A stretch of 64,000 nt of DNA from Felis catus (GCF_018350175.1 NC_058368.1:117182001-117246000), one strand, 5' to 3'; shown: positions 36,780 to 49,653, counted from the stretch's first letter. A program made the numbers and translations. The notes: a model not told the origin generated them from the sequence alone.

Positions 36780-38185
36780 GACTAGGCCATATTCTATCTT
36801 CTAAATATATTCTATGGAATATATTCTGTGTTTGAATGCCTGTCAACCTTCTTAGTGGTCTGGTCTGTTGTCAAACTATTTAAAACTAAGGGTTTTAAGA
36901 GAGAAAGTTTTGAGGACATGGAGAATCAGGTCAAATATGGTTTTTATCTCTTCAATAAATACCCTCTATACTGTATACTTCTTATCTACCTATCTAATAT
37001 GTCTGCATATCCCTTTCAGGGTTCAGTTACACTTCAGAAAGGTTTATATGCACTCAAAGTGATGTCCAAGACAAGTATACAGAAACAGCATGAGGCTCTA
37101 AAACTTGGCATCTCGTATTTAATGGGGTAATTTGGACCAGTAATTTGGGCTTACTCTATGCCAGACATTTTACCTGCCGTATTCATTTAATAGGGTGGGA
37201 ACTCAGAAACACTTTTAGGGTAGTTTCTTGCCCAGGGATGTGTTAGCTCTGACTTATTTCATACCTGACTCTCTTATTCATTATCCTAATAAGTGCTATT
37301 TGGTTTGTTTCATGAGTTTTAATCCTAAATGTAGAAAACTCTTCAAGGCTCTTTATTTTTTGGGTTAAAGGCTGTGTATTTCTCTAAAGAGTTTATGGAG
37401 CGTTGCTGCTATATCTTAGTCATTTTATAAAGGTCCCAGGTGATAAACAGGTCTAGATTTTTTTCTTTTTGAGGTGGGAATGGGTATTATCCTTCTTTAG
37501 CAATGCAACTTCTCTTTGTGGCATATTAATACAAGATCTTGGGAAGTGGATTGGCCATGTAAAGGGAAACATTTGAAATTATGCTTTATGATTGAGATTA
37601 TGTTTGTTAGGAAAGATGGGGTAGGGAGTTGTCACATTGCTCCCCGGTTCTTAAGAAATGAGAACTAAACAACATCCAGTTTTAAAACAAATCTAAATTT
37701 TGAATTACATAAAACTGTTAAACCAGATAGTGGTTCCTATTGATTCTCTTTACTGAGAAACAGAGAACTGTACAGTCTCATTTGGTAAGAGAGAACGCTG
37801 AAATTATTAACATTTCCACAGAAATGATAAATGCTCCCTTACATATAGAGTCCAACTGGATAGGCTCTATGCAGCCCTCCAACAAACCATATTTGTGTTT
37901 TTCCAGATGGTGTTGTATCATTCTGGGTTTGTTTGACACTCTCTTCTTGCGATTACAGACAGCGGTTTAAAAAATTGTGTAATAGGCCTTGGTTTGGTTT
38001 GAAAACCTACAAAACAGCCATCTTCATGGCTCTGCAGTTGGCTTTTCAGGCCAGGGTAGGTTGCCGATGTACAGATAACTGCCAAGGCGCTTTGGCCCTA
38101 AACTCAGGAAAGAAGCAAAAGGAAAGTGAAGTTCCTGGCGGTAGCGTTTGTCCCGCTCAGAGAGCCCGGCGCTAGCGCATTCTTC

Positions 38186-38229
38186 GTGCAGTTATTGGCT
38201 GGGACTCTGCGTGCCGCTGTCGGCCAATG
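38186..38229 (+). promoter_or_regulatory. CSE (CTCF site with CGCT box) plus CCAAT of the PCDHGC3 promoter, within a CpG island
   Basis: gtgcagttattggctgggactctgcgtgccgctgtcggccaatg: TGCAGT at 38187 and CGCT at 38215. Confidence 0.85.
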
Positions 38230-38435
38230 AAGACGCTGGAGATCTGGCCCTGGCCCGTCCCCTCTCGGTGCCCCGGGATGAGGCAGAGACTGAACAGCCG
38301 GTGAGCAAATCAACGGCATCGAGAAAGCCATGTCCGACTCCGTGCCTAGCGCTCAAGCGCTAACCCGCTGAAAGTTTCTCAGCGAAAACGCCGGAAAGAT
38401 CTGGACTCCGCTGAGAGGAACTGCCTTTGAGTGAG

Positions 38436-40865
38436 ATGGTCCCAGAGGCCTGGAGGAGCGGACTGGTAAGCATCGGGAGAGTAGTGGGAGTTTTGTTTCT
38501 GCTTGGTGCCTTGCACAAGGCTTCTGCCGTCGTTCGCTATGAGATTCTGGAGGAAAGAGAGAAAGGTTTTGTGGTGGGCAACGTGGTCACGGACCTTGGT
38601 TTGGATCTCAGCAGCCTGTCAGCACGCAGGCTACGGGTGTTGTCTGGAGCTAGCCGAAGATTCTTTGAGGTGAATCGGGAGACTGGAGAGATGTTCGTGA
38701 ACGACCGCCTGGATCGGGAGGAGCTTTGTGGGACAGTGCCCTCCTGCACTGTAACTCTGGAGCTGGTGGTGGAGACCCCACTAGAGCTGTTAAGGGCGGA
38801 AGTGGTGATCCAGGATATCAATGACAACAATCCCACATTCCCTACCCGGGAAATGAAATTGGAGATTAGCGAGGCCGTGGCGCCAGGCACGCGCTTTCCG
38901 CTGGAGAGCGCGCATGATCCCGATGTAGGAAGCAACTCTTTACAAACCTATGAGCTGAGCCTAAATGAGTACTTTGCGCTTCGCGTTCAGACGCGAGAGG
39001 ACGGCACCAAGTACGCGGAGTTGGTGCTGGAGCGCGCCCTTGATTGGGAGCGTGAGCCAAGTCTCCAGGTGGTGCTGACGGCTTTGGATGGAGGCACCCC
39101 GGCTCGCTCCGCCACCCTTCCCATTCGCATCACCGTGCTGGACGCGAATGACAATGCACCCGCCTTCAATCAGTCTTTATACCGTGCGCGAGTCCTGGAG
39201 GATGCGCCGCCGGGTACTGTCGTGGTGCGAGTTCATGCAACTGATCTGGATGAAGGCCCCAATGGTGAAATCATTTACTCTTTTGGCAGCCACAACCGCG
39301 CCGGTGTGCGAGACCTATTCTCCTTAGACCTTGTAAGTGGGGTGCTGACAATCAGAGGTCGCCTCGACTTTGAAGACACAAAACTCCACGAGATTTACAT
39401 ACAGGCCAAAGACAAAGGCGCCAATCCCGAAGGAGCACATTGCAAAGTTTTGGTAGAGGTTGTGGACGTGAATGACAATGCCCCAGAGATTACAGTCACC
39501 TCTGTGTACAGCCCAGTTCCCGAGGATGCCCCTCTTGGAACTGTCATTGCTTTGCTCAGTGTGATTGATCTGGATGCTGGGGAGAATGGATTGGTGTCTT
39601 GCGAGGTGCCACCAGGTCTCCCCTTTAGCCTTACTTCTTCCCTCAAGAATTACTTTACTTTGAAAACCAGTGCAGCCCTGGATCGTGAGACTGTCCCAGA
39701 ATACAACCTCAGCATCACTGCTCGAGATGCTGGAACTCCTTCCCTCTCAGCCCTTACAATCGTGCAGGTACGAGTGTCTGACATCAATGACAACCCTCCA
39801 CAGTCTTCCCAGTCCTCCTATGATGTTTATGTTGAGGAAAATAACATCCCCGGGGTTCCAATACTAAATCTAAGTGTCTGGGACCCTGATGCCCCGCAGA
39901 ATGCTCGCCTTTCCTTCTTTCTCTTGGAACAAGAAGCTGAAACTGGGCTAGTGGGCCACTATTTCACGATACATCGTGACACTGGCATCGTGTCATCTGT
40001 AGTGCCCCTGGACTATGAAGATCGGCGAGAATTTGAAATAACAGTTCATGTCAGCGATGGGGGCACTCCAGTCCTGACCACCAACATTAGCGTGAACATA
40101 TTTGTCACTGATCGCAATGACAATGCCCCCCAGGTCTTATACCCCCGGCCTGGCCGGAGCTCAATGGAGATGCTGCCCAGAGGTACCGCTGCTGGCTATG
40201 TGGTCACTCGGGTGGTAGGCTGGGACCCGGATGCCGGGCACAATGCCTGGCTCTCCTACAGCCTCTTAGGAGCTTCCAACCAGAGCCTTTTTGCTGTGGG
40301 GCTTCACACGGGTCAAGTCAGCACTTCCCGCCCAGTTCAGGACACAGATGTGCCCAGGCAGACTCTTATGGTCTTGATCAAAGACAATGGGGAGCCATCA
40401 CTGTCCACCACGGCAACCCTGACTGTGTCAGTAACCGAGGAATCTCCTGAAGCCCGGGCTGAATTCCCCTCTGGCTCTGCCCCTCGGGAGCAGAATAAAA
40501 ATCTCACCTTTTATCTACTCCTCTCTCTAATCCTGGTTTCTGTGGGGTTTGCAGTCACAGTATTGGGAGTGATCATATTCAAAGTTTACAAGTGGAAACA
40601 GTCAAGGGATCTGTACAGAGCTCCTGTGAGCTCCCTGTACCGAACACCAGGGTCCTCTCTGCATGCAGACGCTGTGCGGGGAGGTCTGATGCCACCGCAC
40701 CTTTACCATCAGGTGTACCTCACCACCGACTCACGCCGCAGCGACCCACTGTTGAAGAAACCTGGTGCTGCCAGCCCACTGGCCAGCCGCCAGAACACAC
40801 TGCGGAGCTGTGATCCAGTGTTCTATAGGCAAGTGTTGGGTGCAGAGAGCTCCCCTCCAGGACAG
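38436..40865 (+). CDS. PCDHGC3: Protocadherin gamma-C3 variable exon
   Basis: ATG at 38436 (MVPEAWRSGLV...), six cadherin repeats, TM LTFYLLLSLILVSVGF and the C3 tail ...QVLGAESSPPGQ. Phase-0 donor CAG|GTAAGG at 40865/40866 gives 810 codons; read-through stops at 40889. Confidence 0.97.
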
Positions 40866-41402
40866 GTAAGGGTTAGCGTCCCAGAATGATATTAATGCTT
40901 TTTGATGCCTGGACCATGTTCAGAAAGGGATGGAGCTGTTGTTTTAGTGATGAAGATGTTTTCCTAATGATGCATCTACTTTTTCACCTTGCCCTGTGTA
41001 GATCAAACATCATGCGTTTGTGAAGGGGATGGCGTGGCTAGAGTGTGGTTTGTGGTCCCACATGGTGTAGAATTAACTGACTCCTGTGTGGCCCCAATTC
41101 ACACCTTCAGCACTCACTTGCCATCACAACTAACCAATCTTGCTAAGAGGCCATTAAATTATAACCCAAGATCTCAGCCCTCAGAGCTTAGTTTGGTGTC
41201 ATTTGCAATGACAGCAAGCTGAGCTGCTAGATACCTCTAACAAGTGGCAGATGCTAGGAATACAACAACCACCTCATTTGTCTGTCTTTGTTTTGATTGC
41301 AACATCTGCATTAAAACTAATGGTCCGCTGATAATTTTCCTTTGTCTATGCAGGCAGATCCCGTACCTCATTCTCAGGTGATTTTCAATTAAATAAAATT
41401 CA

Positions 41403-41605
41403 GGGTGCCTGGGTGGCTCAGTCGGTTAAGCTCCAGCTTTGGCTCAGGTTATGATCTTGAGGTTTGTGGATTGAAGCCCCATGTCAGGCTCTGTGCTGAC
41501 AGCTCAGAGCCTGGAGCCTGCTTTGGATTCTGTGTCCCTCTCTCTTTGCCCCTCCCCCATTCACACTCTGTCTCTCTCTCAAAAATAAATAAACATTTAA
41601 AAAAC
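41403..41605 (+). mobile_element. Feline SINE
   Basis: Head, CT tract, A-tail and TSD taaataaaattc. Confidence 0.92.
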
Positions 41606-42413
41606 AAGTAAATAAAATTCTAGGCATCCTTTAACTTTTATTTAAAGTACACTGCTGGAAATAACGTGTACATTACCTACAAAATATTTTTATGTTATAA
41701 TGGTAATGCATGTGTAATATAAAAAACTTGGGAAATAGAGAAAAGTACTAAAAAAATTAAAGCTAACAATAATCCCCAAATCTAAAGACATAATCACCAT
41801 TAATTATAAAAGTAAAAGTAATCATTTATTTTGAAAGTAAATCCAGACAGTCCAAAAGAACATATAGTACAAATTGAAAGTTCTTTTGTACCCTAGCATT
41901 ATTCCCCATCCTTCCAGCATTATTTTTTTAAGTATACACACAGTATAAAATGTAGGTAAATTTGTATCTTGAGAAAGGTAAAGCTTTCATTTATTCAGGC
42001 TGGTGTGCAGGTAACTGTAAAGCCTGTGTCTTTAGTGAAACCTATACACACTTCCGGTTGTGGGAGAGTCACTGTTATTTGATTACTAATAAGTGTATTA
42101 TTGTTATTAACCTTGGATTTGGCAGTTAGACAAATAGGGCTTCACCACTTATCAGCTGTGAGTTCTTGGCTAAGGTAATCTCAGAACCTGGTATATCATA
42201 AGTGTTAAAAAAAAATCTTGTCTATTACTATTATTATTTTTATTCTTTACCCATCCAAAATCTTAAGCACACCTTGAAATAAGAAAATCTGGAGATGGCC
42301 AGAAATGACAAAGTAGAGGCATAAATGGAAAGGCTAAGAAAAGATGAAAGCCGGAGAGAAGCAGCTGTCAGACTGGAAGTCAGACTGGGAATCAACTGGC
42401 ATTTTCCCTAGAA

Positions 42414-42585
42414 CAATGTTCTCAAACTTGGTTGCACACTAGAATTACCTGGGGACCCCTTAAAAATTCTGAAGCCCAGGCCACATCCCAGACCAATTAA
42501 AGCACAATCTCTTGGGACACAGGGCTCAGTGTTTTTTGAAGGTCCCCAAGTGATTCTAATGTGCAGACAAGTTTGAAAACTTCTG
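42414..42585. mobile_element. MER5A-like hAT MITE with intact ends
   Basis: Imperfect TIRs caatgttctcaaactt / aagtttgaaaacttctg, flanked by a perfect 8-bp TSD ccctagaa at 42406 and 42586. Confidence 0.85.
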
Positions 42586-42910
42586 CCCTAGAATGTACCA
42601 GTCTTTCAATTAACATATTTATGAAGCAAAGTGTTATTCTGGCATTCAAAGAACCAAGCTTATTGGGCCAGGCTGAACTTAGAAAATCCTGTCATTTCTC
42701 AACCTTAAGATATTACATAAAATAGCTCTATAAACTCATTGAATTACTTTGTTGTACACCTGAAATTAACATTGTGTGTCAAGTATACTCAAATAAATAA
42801 ATAAAATACATATGTATTATATAGAATAGCTCTAGAAGAGCAACATAGGGAAGACATAAGAGGATCCTTCAGTCATCTAAAGAGACAATCTTCCTAAACC
42901 ACTAGCACAC

Positions 42911-43901
42911 GGGGCACCTGGGTGGCTTACTCAGTTAAGCATCTGACTTCCACTCAGGTCATGATCTTGCGGTTCGTGGGTTTGAGCCTCGTGTTGGACT
43001 CTGTTCTGACAGTTCAGAGCCAGGAGCCTGCTTTGGATTCTCTGTCTCCCTCTCTCTCTGCGCCACCCATCCCCCTCCCCGGCCCCTCCACGGTCTGTGT
43101 CTCTCTCTCAAAAAGAAGCATTAAAAAAAAAAAAAAAAAAAAAGCTGGACAGTGGGTATGGAACCTCTCTGGGGAGTGACAAAAAGATTCTATAATTAGA
43201 TTGTGGTGATGGTTGTATCCTTTTAGTATATTCACGTATACTAAAAGCATTAAATTGTGCATTTTATTTTTTTAATGTTTATTATTTTTGGGAGAGAGGG
43301 AGGGAGGGGCAGGCAGAAAGAGAGGGAGATACAGAATCCAAGGCAGGCTCCAGGCTCCAAGCTGTCAGCACAGAACCGTGAGATCATGATCTGAGCCGAA
43401 GTCCAATGCTTAACCTACTGAGCCACCCAGGCACCCTGAATTATGCATTTTAAATGGATGAATTGTATAGTATGTGAACTGTATCTCATTAAAGCTGTTT
43501 TTAAACTGTAGAATGGGAGAATCACAAACCTGGCATAAAAGGATCAAGTCAGGGATATGGGATTAAGGCTTTATGATATTCCAGTGCTAGTAATTGACTG
43601 TGTGCCTCTTTTGGTGTGAACTTGCAAATATGGAGACCTATAAGAGGTCTAGTTCTTAAATATGAAAGGTATCAGGAAAGGGCTAGTTTATGATCATACA
43701 GATTACAAACTAGTAGAAAAATCATTTAAGATGTTATAGAGGGGTGCCTGGGTGGCAAAATCAGTTAAGTATCAGACTCCTGGTTTAGGGTCAGGTCATG
43801 ATCCCAGGGTTGTGGGATCAGAGCCCTGAGTTGGGCTCCGGACTGTCAGTGTTGAGCCTGCTTGGGACACTCTCTTTTCCTCTCTCTCTGCCTCCTCCCT
43901 A

Positions 43902-43974
<73 letters not shown>

Positions 43975-43995
43975 ATTTAAAACAAATGGCTTTTT
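42911..43995. mobile_element. Three Can-SINEs (42911-43143 plus, 43262-43436 minus, 43741-43995 plus with a (CT)n(TAAA)n tail)
   Basis: SINE heads and tails visible, with a (TAAA)n microsatellite at ~43930-43975. Confidence 0.9.
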
Positions 43996-44530
43996 AAAAA
44001 AAGATATTATAGAAAGAGAGTCTTTTTTCTCAGACAAACCAGGTATGGGAGTGGGGAGAGTTCTAGTACTGCATGTATTAGTTGTTTAGCTTCACACACA
44101 TCTCTTAACCTCTCTGAACCCTAGTTTCCTCATCTATAAAATACAGATGACTTCTTTCAAAAGTGTTGTGTAAGTTAAAAGCAGTGCATATAAAGCATGC
44201 TGAATATAAAATATTCTTGTGAAGTATAAGTATTCAGTAAGTATTTGTTGAACTAATAAATGATAATATCAGTAATTCACCATTTAGTGAGTATCCCTAT
44301 ATGCAGACACTGTAAAAGACGAAAAGACACATTTCCTGTCATTATGGTATATAGAGTAGTACCATGGGAAACACATGCAAAAAAAAAAAATGATGGTGAA
44401 GATCTGCATAATACAAGAAGCAACCAGAGCAAAGGTAAAGAAACCCATAAGCCAGCCTGAGGAAATCGGGAAGATTTTATAGAGGTGGTGATTATTGAGC
44501 TGAGAAGTAAAAGTTAAGGAGTAGTTTATT

Positions 44531-45026
44531 TTTTTAATTTTTTTTAAAGGTAAATCTCTCTTTTTTTTTTTTTAAATACGAAATTTGTCAAATTGGTTTC
44601 CATACAACACCCGGTGCTCATCCCAACAGGTGCCCTCCTCAGTGTCCATCACCCACCCTCCCCTCCCTCCCCTCCCTCATCAACCTTCAGTTTGTTTTCA
44701 GGTTTTTTTTTTTTTAACGTTTATTTATTTTTGGGACAGAGAGAGACAGAGCATGAATGGGGGAGGGGCAGAGAGAGAGAGACACACAGAATCGTAAACA
44801 GGCTCCAGGCTCTGAGCCATCAGCCCAGAGCCTGACGCGGGGCTCGAACTCACGGACCGCGAGATCGTGACCTGGCTGAAGTCGGACGCTCAACCGACTG
44901 CGCCACCCAGGCGCCTCTTGTTTTCAGTTTTTAAGAGACTCTTGTATTTTGGCTCCCTCCCTCTCTAACCTCTTTTTTTTCCCCCTTCCTCTCCCCCATG
45001 GTCTTCTGTTAAGTTTCTCTGTAAGT
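44531..45026 (-). mobile_element. Short feline L1 3'UTR insertion with a nested young SINE (44702-44916)
   Basis: Reverse complement of the same L1 3'UTR seen at 8175-8400. L1 TSD agtagtttatt at 44520 and 45027; SINE TSD ttgttttcag. Confidence 0.9.
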
Positions 45027-45642
45027 AGTAGTTTATTAAATAGTAAAGGGAAAAGGGAGGCAGGAAGGGCCTTTGCAGGAAATTTCATGCATATGGATAA
45101 TGATACTTAATTATTGCTGAACCTTAAAGTATGTTTGTTTAACAGTCTTGGCAAGAGATAAAGTGAAGCAAGTAGGCAGGAGTTAGATCTTGAGTTACTT
45201 TTAGGCTTCGTTCTGTATTCATGATAGTCACTGCAGAACTTTAAACTCCTATGTATGATGTCCTCAAGAGAGATTATCCTGGCACCCGTAAGTAAAATAG
45301 ATTGGGGATATTGCTCCTGGAGACAAAGAGAACAGTTAGAAGCCTGTTAAAATATTTGAGGAGAAGATTGATAAATGCTTGAACCACCACAGTGGCAGTA
45401 TAGGTGGAAGGTGTTGACTATAGTATAATCATCAGGACTTTTTAATTGACATGATTGAAGGAGTCAGGGAGAGAAAGGAGTCAAGGATGGCTCTGCCTGT
45501 CCCTCCCCTGTTCTGATGGAGGTACTGGGTTGATGGTGGTATCATTCACTGTGATAGTGAATCCTGCCCAAAATACCTGGTAGGTCAGACTGATTTATAC
45601 TTCCACCATTCCTATGAGAGGAGAGTTAGCTGTTTTTTGGTT

Positions 45643-45645
<3 letters not shown>

Positions 45646-45693
<48 letters not shown>
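45646..45693. repeat. (CA)n microsatellite
   Basis: Perfect CA run of about 24 units. Confidence 0.95.
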
Positions 45694-45696
<3 letters not shown>

Positions 45697-46929
45697 TTCA
45701 GATCCCTCTCTTTGAGACCAGAATGTAGGTTGTTGGCCTCAAGAGGATAGTCAAAAGGATATTCTTGAGGCTTAAGAGTTTGGAAAAATCTGGAGAGGGA
45801 TTAGAACCCTGGGTTTTGCTCCCGGTTTTCACACCCAGTGGTAACCTAGGTGAGGCTTCAGATGAGTTAAGAAATCTTATGTTGACATCAGGCTGGACTT
45901 TTTCTCTTTGTGCTCTGGTGTGTTTGTCACTCAGATTGTAGTTTGCAGGTAACTACAGTGTGAGATGATCTGTGTTTCTCAACTGTGTGTTTGTGTGTGT
46001 ATGTTTAAGGTGGTAGCCAGGCTCCTGGGAGGGTCTAGATCAGGGTTGAAGAAGAGTGAGATAAAGTCTCCAGCTCCAAGAGGCCCCCAGGGGCCAAGTA
46101 AAAAGCTTGCTCTTTTGAAACTGTCTCTGTTGGTAATTAACAACAAATCAAGCATACCATGGTGTCAAATAAAGGGGATTTGTGGGCACAGTGCTATTAG
46201 TGGCTGATCTCAGTCATTCAAGGAAGCTATTAAATCTGTGAACATTAGCATTCTGCCAAGCAATGAGATCTAGTCCTTAGCGCCTCCCATACACACCGAT
46301 TCTTTACTGATTTGGAACATCTCCCTCTCCTTACTCCCTCCACCTTGCTTCATCTCCTTCTATACTGTCCTGGAAATCAATGAATGGTAATTCAGTGTAT
46401 CACTAGCTAGTGCCTGAATAAGAGAGATTTTGTGTCTGCTACACCTCCTGTTCCAAAAGAAACGTGCACTGCATAAATTTAATTGGTTACATTAATGTGT
46501 AAGTCTTGTCTGCAAAGAGATGGGTATGTTTCTGAATAATCTGCAGAGGGGCAGAGTTTTGAATATATGGCACTGCTTCTAATTCGCTGTTGCTCCAATA
46601 CAATCAGACTGAGGCATAAACTACCCATTTCAAATATTGGTGGATGACAACACTGGCTTGAACAAAGTGACCAGTCTCAAATGGCTACTCCTCTATGGGC
46701 TGCAGGTTGCTAGGGCTTTGGCTGTCTGTTTTCCCCGCCGAAAAGGGGCGGGGGAAGTTGGTGTGTTTGGGAGAAAAAAAGAACATACCTACATGTTGTT
46801 TGCTTCTCATTAGAGGTAATAAACCTATAGAAGGAAATGCTGTTGAGCGGGAGGAAGGCAAAAAGATAGGTTTTTTGTTTTGTTTTGTTTTTTGGGGTTT
46901 TTTGGTTTTTTTTTTTTTTTTTTTTTTTG

Positions 46930-47211
46930 TCCTCCAATGCTGCGACGCATTAACCCTGCTGCTATTGGGATGTTCTCTGCTCAGCCTATTGGCTGAACCT
47001 AGGAGCTGCTGTCTGCCAATCGGGTGGTGGAAGGCAGACAAATCTACCCCGCCACCAGCAAAAACGGCCTGTAACCCTTGCGGTGCCGGCCCAGCCGCGC
47101 CAGAGCTGGCGCCACGAAGAGAGATAGGTGTCTCCAGCTGCTGTTGCCGTTTGGGGCGGGTCGGCTTCTTCTGCTTCCCAGGACCAGGTAGAGGACTAAC
47201 GGGAAGCAGCA
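46930..47211 (+). promoter_or_regulatory. PCDHGC4 promoter/5'UTR: CpG-rich with multiple CCAAT boxes and no CSE
   Basis: CCAAT/ATTGG at ~46933, 46964, 46988 and 47016, GC-box-like motifs (ggggcggg at ~47153), and a preceding long T-rich tract. Confidence 0.6.
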
Positions 47212-49653
47212 ATGCTCCGCAAGGTGGGAAGCTGGGTAGAAATCTGCTGGGGGGCCACCCTTTTGTTCCTCATTTGCCACCTGGGTTACGTTTGTGGGCA
47301 GATCCGCTACCCGGTCCCAGAGGAGTCACAAGAAGGGACTTTTGTAGGGAATGTCGCCCAAGATTTCTTGCTGGATACAGAGACTCTGTCAGCTCGTAGG
47401 CTGCAGGTTGCTGGAGAGGTGAACCAAAGACACTTCCGTGTGGATTTGGACAGTGGAGCCCTGCTCATCAAGAATCCAATTGATCGAGAGGCACTGTGTG
47501 GACTCAGTGCCAGCTGCATCGTGCCCCTGGAGTTTGTAACTGAAGGGCCTTTGGAAATGTACCGAGCGGAGGTAGAGATTGTGGATGTGAATGATCACGC
47601 CCCCCGATTTCCTCGGCAGCAGCTAGACTTGGAAATTGGGGAGGCAGCTCCTCCAGGACAGCGTTTCCCCTTGGAAAAGGCTCAGGATGCAGATGTGGGG
47701 AGCAATTCTATCAGCAGCTATAGACTAAGCTCCAATGAACACTTTGCACTGGATGTCAAGAAGCGCAGCGACGGCAGCCTGGTCCCAGAGCTGCTCCTGG
47801 AGAAGCCTTTGGATCGAGAGAAGCAATCAGACTACCGCCTGGTGCTGACTGCTGTGGATGGAGGGAACCCCCCGAGATCTGGCACTGCAGAGCTCCGGGT
47901 ATCAGTGCTGGACGTGAATGACAACGCCCCAGCCTTCCAGCAATCCAGCTACAGGATTAGTGTGTTGGAGAGTGCTCCTGCCGGCATGCTGCTCATCCAG
48001 CTCAATGCCTCTGACCCAGACCTGGGTCCCAGTGGTAACGTCACCTTTTCTTTCAGTGGTCACACCCCTGATCGTGTGAGAAACCTCTTTAGCCTTCACC
48101 CTACTACTGGAAAGCTTACCCTTCAGGGGCCCCTAGACTTTGAGAGTGAGAATTACTATGAATTTGATATTCGGGCTCGCGATGGGGGTTCTCCAGCCAT
48201 GGAGCAACATTGCAGCCTTCGGGTGGATCTCCTAGATGTAAATGACAATGCCCCCCACATCACAGTGACCTCAGAGCTTGGGACTCTTCCAGAGAGCGCA
48301 GAACCTGGCACTGTAGTGGCACTCATCAGTGTGCAGGACCCTGACTCAGGGTCAAATGGAGACGTGAGCCTCCGTATTCCTGACCACTTGCCATTTGCCC
48401 TCAAGTCTGCCTTCAGGAACCAGTTCTCCTTGGTGACTTCTGGGCCCTTGGACCGAGAGGCTAAATCCAGCTATGACATCATGGTCACTGCTTCCGATGC
48501 TGGGAATCCTCCCCTGAGTACCCAGAGGAGTATTTTCCTCAATATTTCAGATGTGAATGATAACCCACCCTCTTTCTTCCAGAGGTCACATGAGGTGTTT
48601 GTTCCTGAGAACAATCGCCCAGGGGACCTGCTTTGTTCCCTTGCAGCCTCTGATCCAGACTCTGGCTTGAATGCACTCATCTCCTACTCTCTCCTGGAGC
48701 CCAGAAATCGAGATGTGTCAGCTTCTTCTTTCATCTCTCTGAACCCCCAAACAGGAGCTGTTCATGCTACTCGATCCTTTGACTATGAACAAACACAGAC
48801 ATTGCAATTTGAGGTGCAGGCCCGGGATCGGGGCAACCCACCTCTTAGTAGCACTGTGACAGTTCGTCTGTTTGTGCTGGACCTCAATGACAATGCCCCA
48901 GCTGTGCTGCGTCCTAGGGCCCGGCCTGGTTCTTTATGTCCGCAAGCTCTGCCTCCATCAGTTGGTGCTGGCCATCTAGTCACAAAGGTGACTGCTGTGG
49001 ACTTGGATTCAGGTTACAATGCTTGGGTTTCCTATCAGCTCCTGGAGGCCCCAGACCCCAGCCTGTTTGCTGTCTCTCGCTATGCTGGGGAGGTTCGGAC
49101 GGCAGTTCCAATCCCAGCTGATCTCCCACCACAGAAGCTGGTCATTGTAGTAAAGGATAGTGGTAGTCCACCACTCTCTACCTCTGTTACTCTACTGGTG
49201 TCCTTGGAGGAAGATACTCATCCAGTTGTCCCTGATCTTCGAGAATCTTCAGCTCCAAGGGAAGGAGAATCCCGCCTGACCCTCTATTTGGCTGTATCAC
49301 TAGTGGCAATTTGCTTTGTCTCCTTTGGCTCATTCGTTGCACTACTGTCTAAGTGTTTGCGTGGGGCTGCCTGTGGAGTGACCTGCTTTCCTGCTGGCAC
49401 CTGTGCCTGTCTCACCCGATCTCGAAGGAGGGAGGGGCTTCCTCCTTCCAATGGGATCCTGCGAATCCAGCTAGGGTCAGATGATCCTATCAAGTTTGTT
49501 GATGTGGGCGGCCACTCTCATGGCTGTACACCCTTGGCTTCTGCACCCACTCGGAGCGATAGCTTCATGATGGTGAAGTCACCCAGTGCACCTATGGCAG
49601 GGGAGCCTGTTCGCCCAAGCTGCCCACCCTCTGATCTTCTGTATGGGCTAGAG
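47212..49653 (+). CDS. PCDHGC4: Protocadherin gamma-C4 variable exon
   Basis: MLRKV...GQIRYPVPEESQEGTFVGNVAQDF, six EC repeats, TM LTLYLAVSLVAICFVSF and tail ...PPSDLLYGLE. Phase-0 donor GAG|GTGAGA at 49653/49654 gives 814 codons; read-through stops at 49767. Confidence 0.97.

Noticed and set aside
37897..37916. CTCF-like ttccagatggtgttg upstream of C3 (also ataggtggcac at ~35071)
   Set aside because: The matches are partial, lacking the CpG or the 5' half of the core, and cannot be distinguished from chance by eye.
46685..47399. 234-aa plus-strand and 175-aa minus-strand ORFs over the C4 promoter
   Set aside because: They run through a poly-T tract (poly-Phe/Lys) and a GC-rich promoter where stops are rare, and the plus-strand ATG lies upstream of the CCAAT array and likely TSS.
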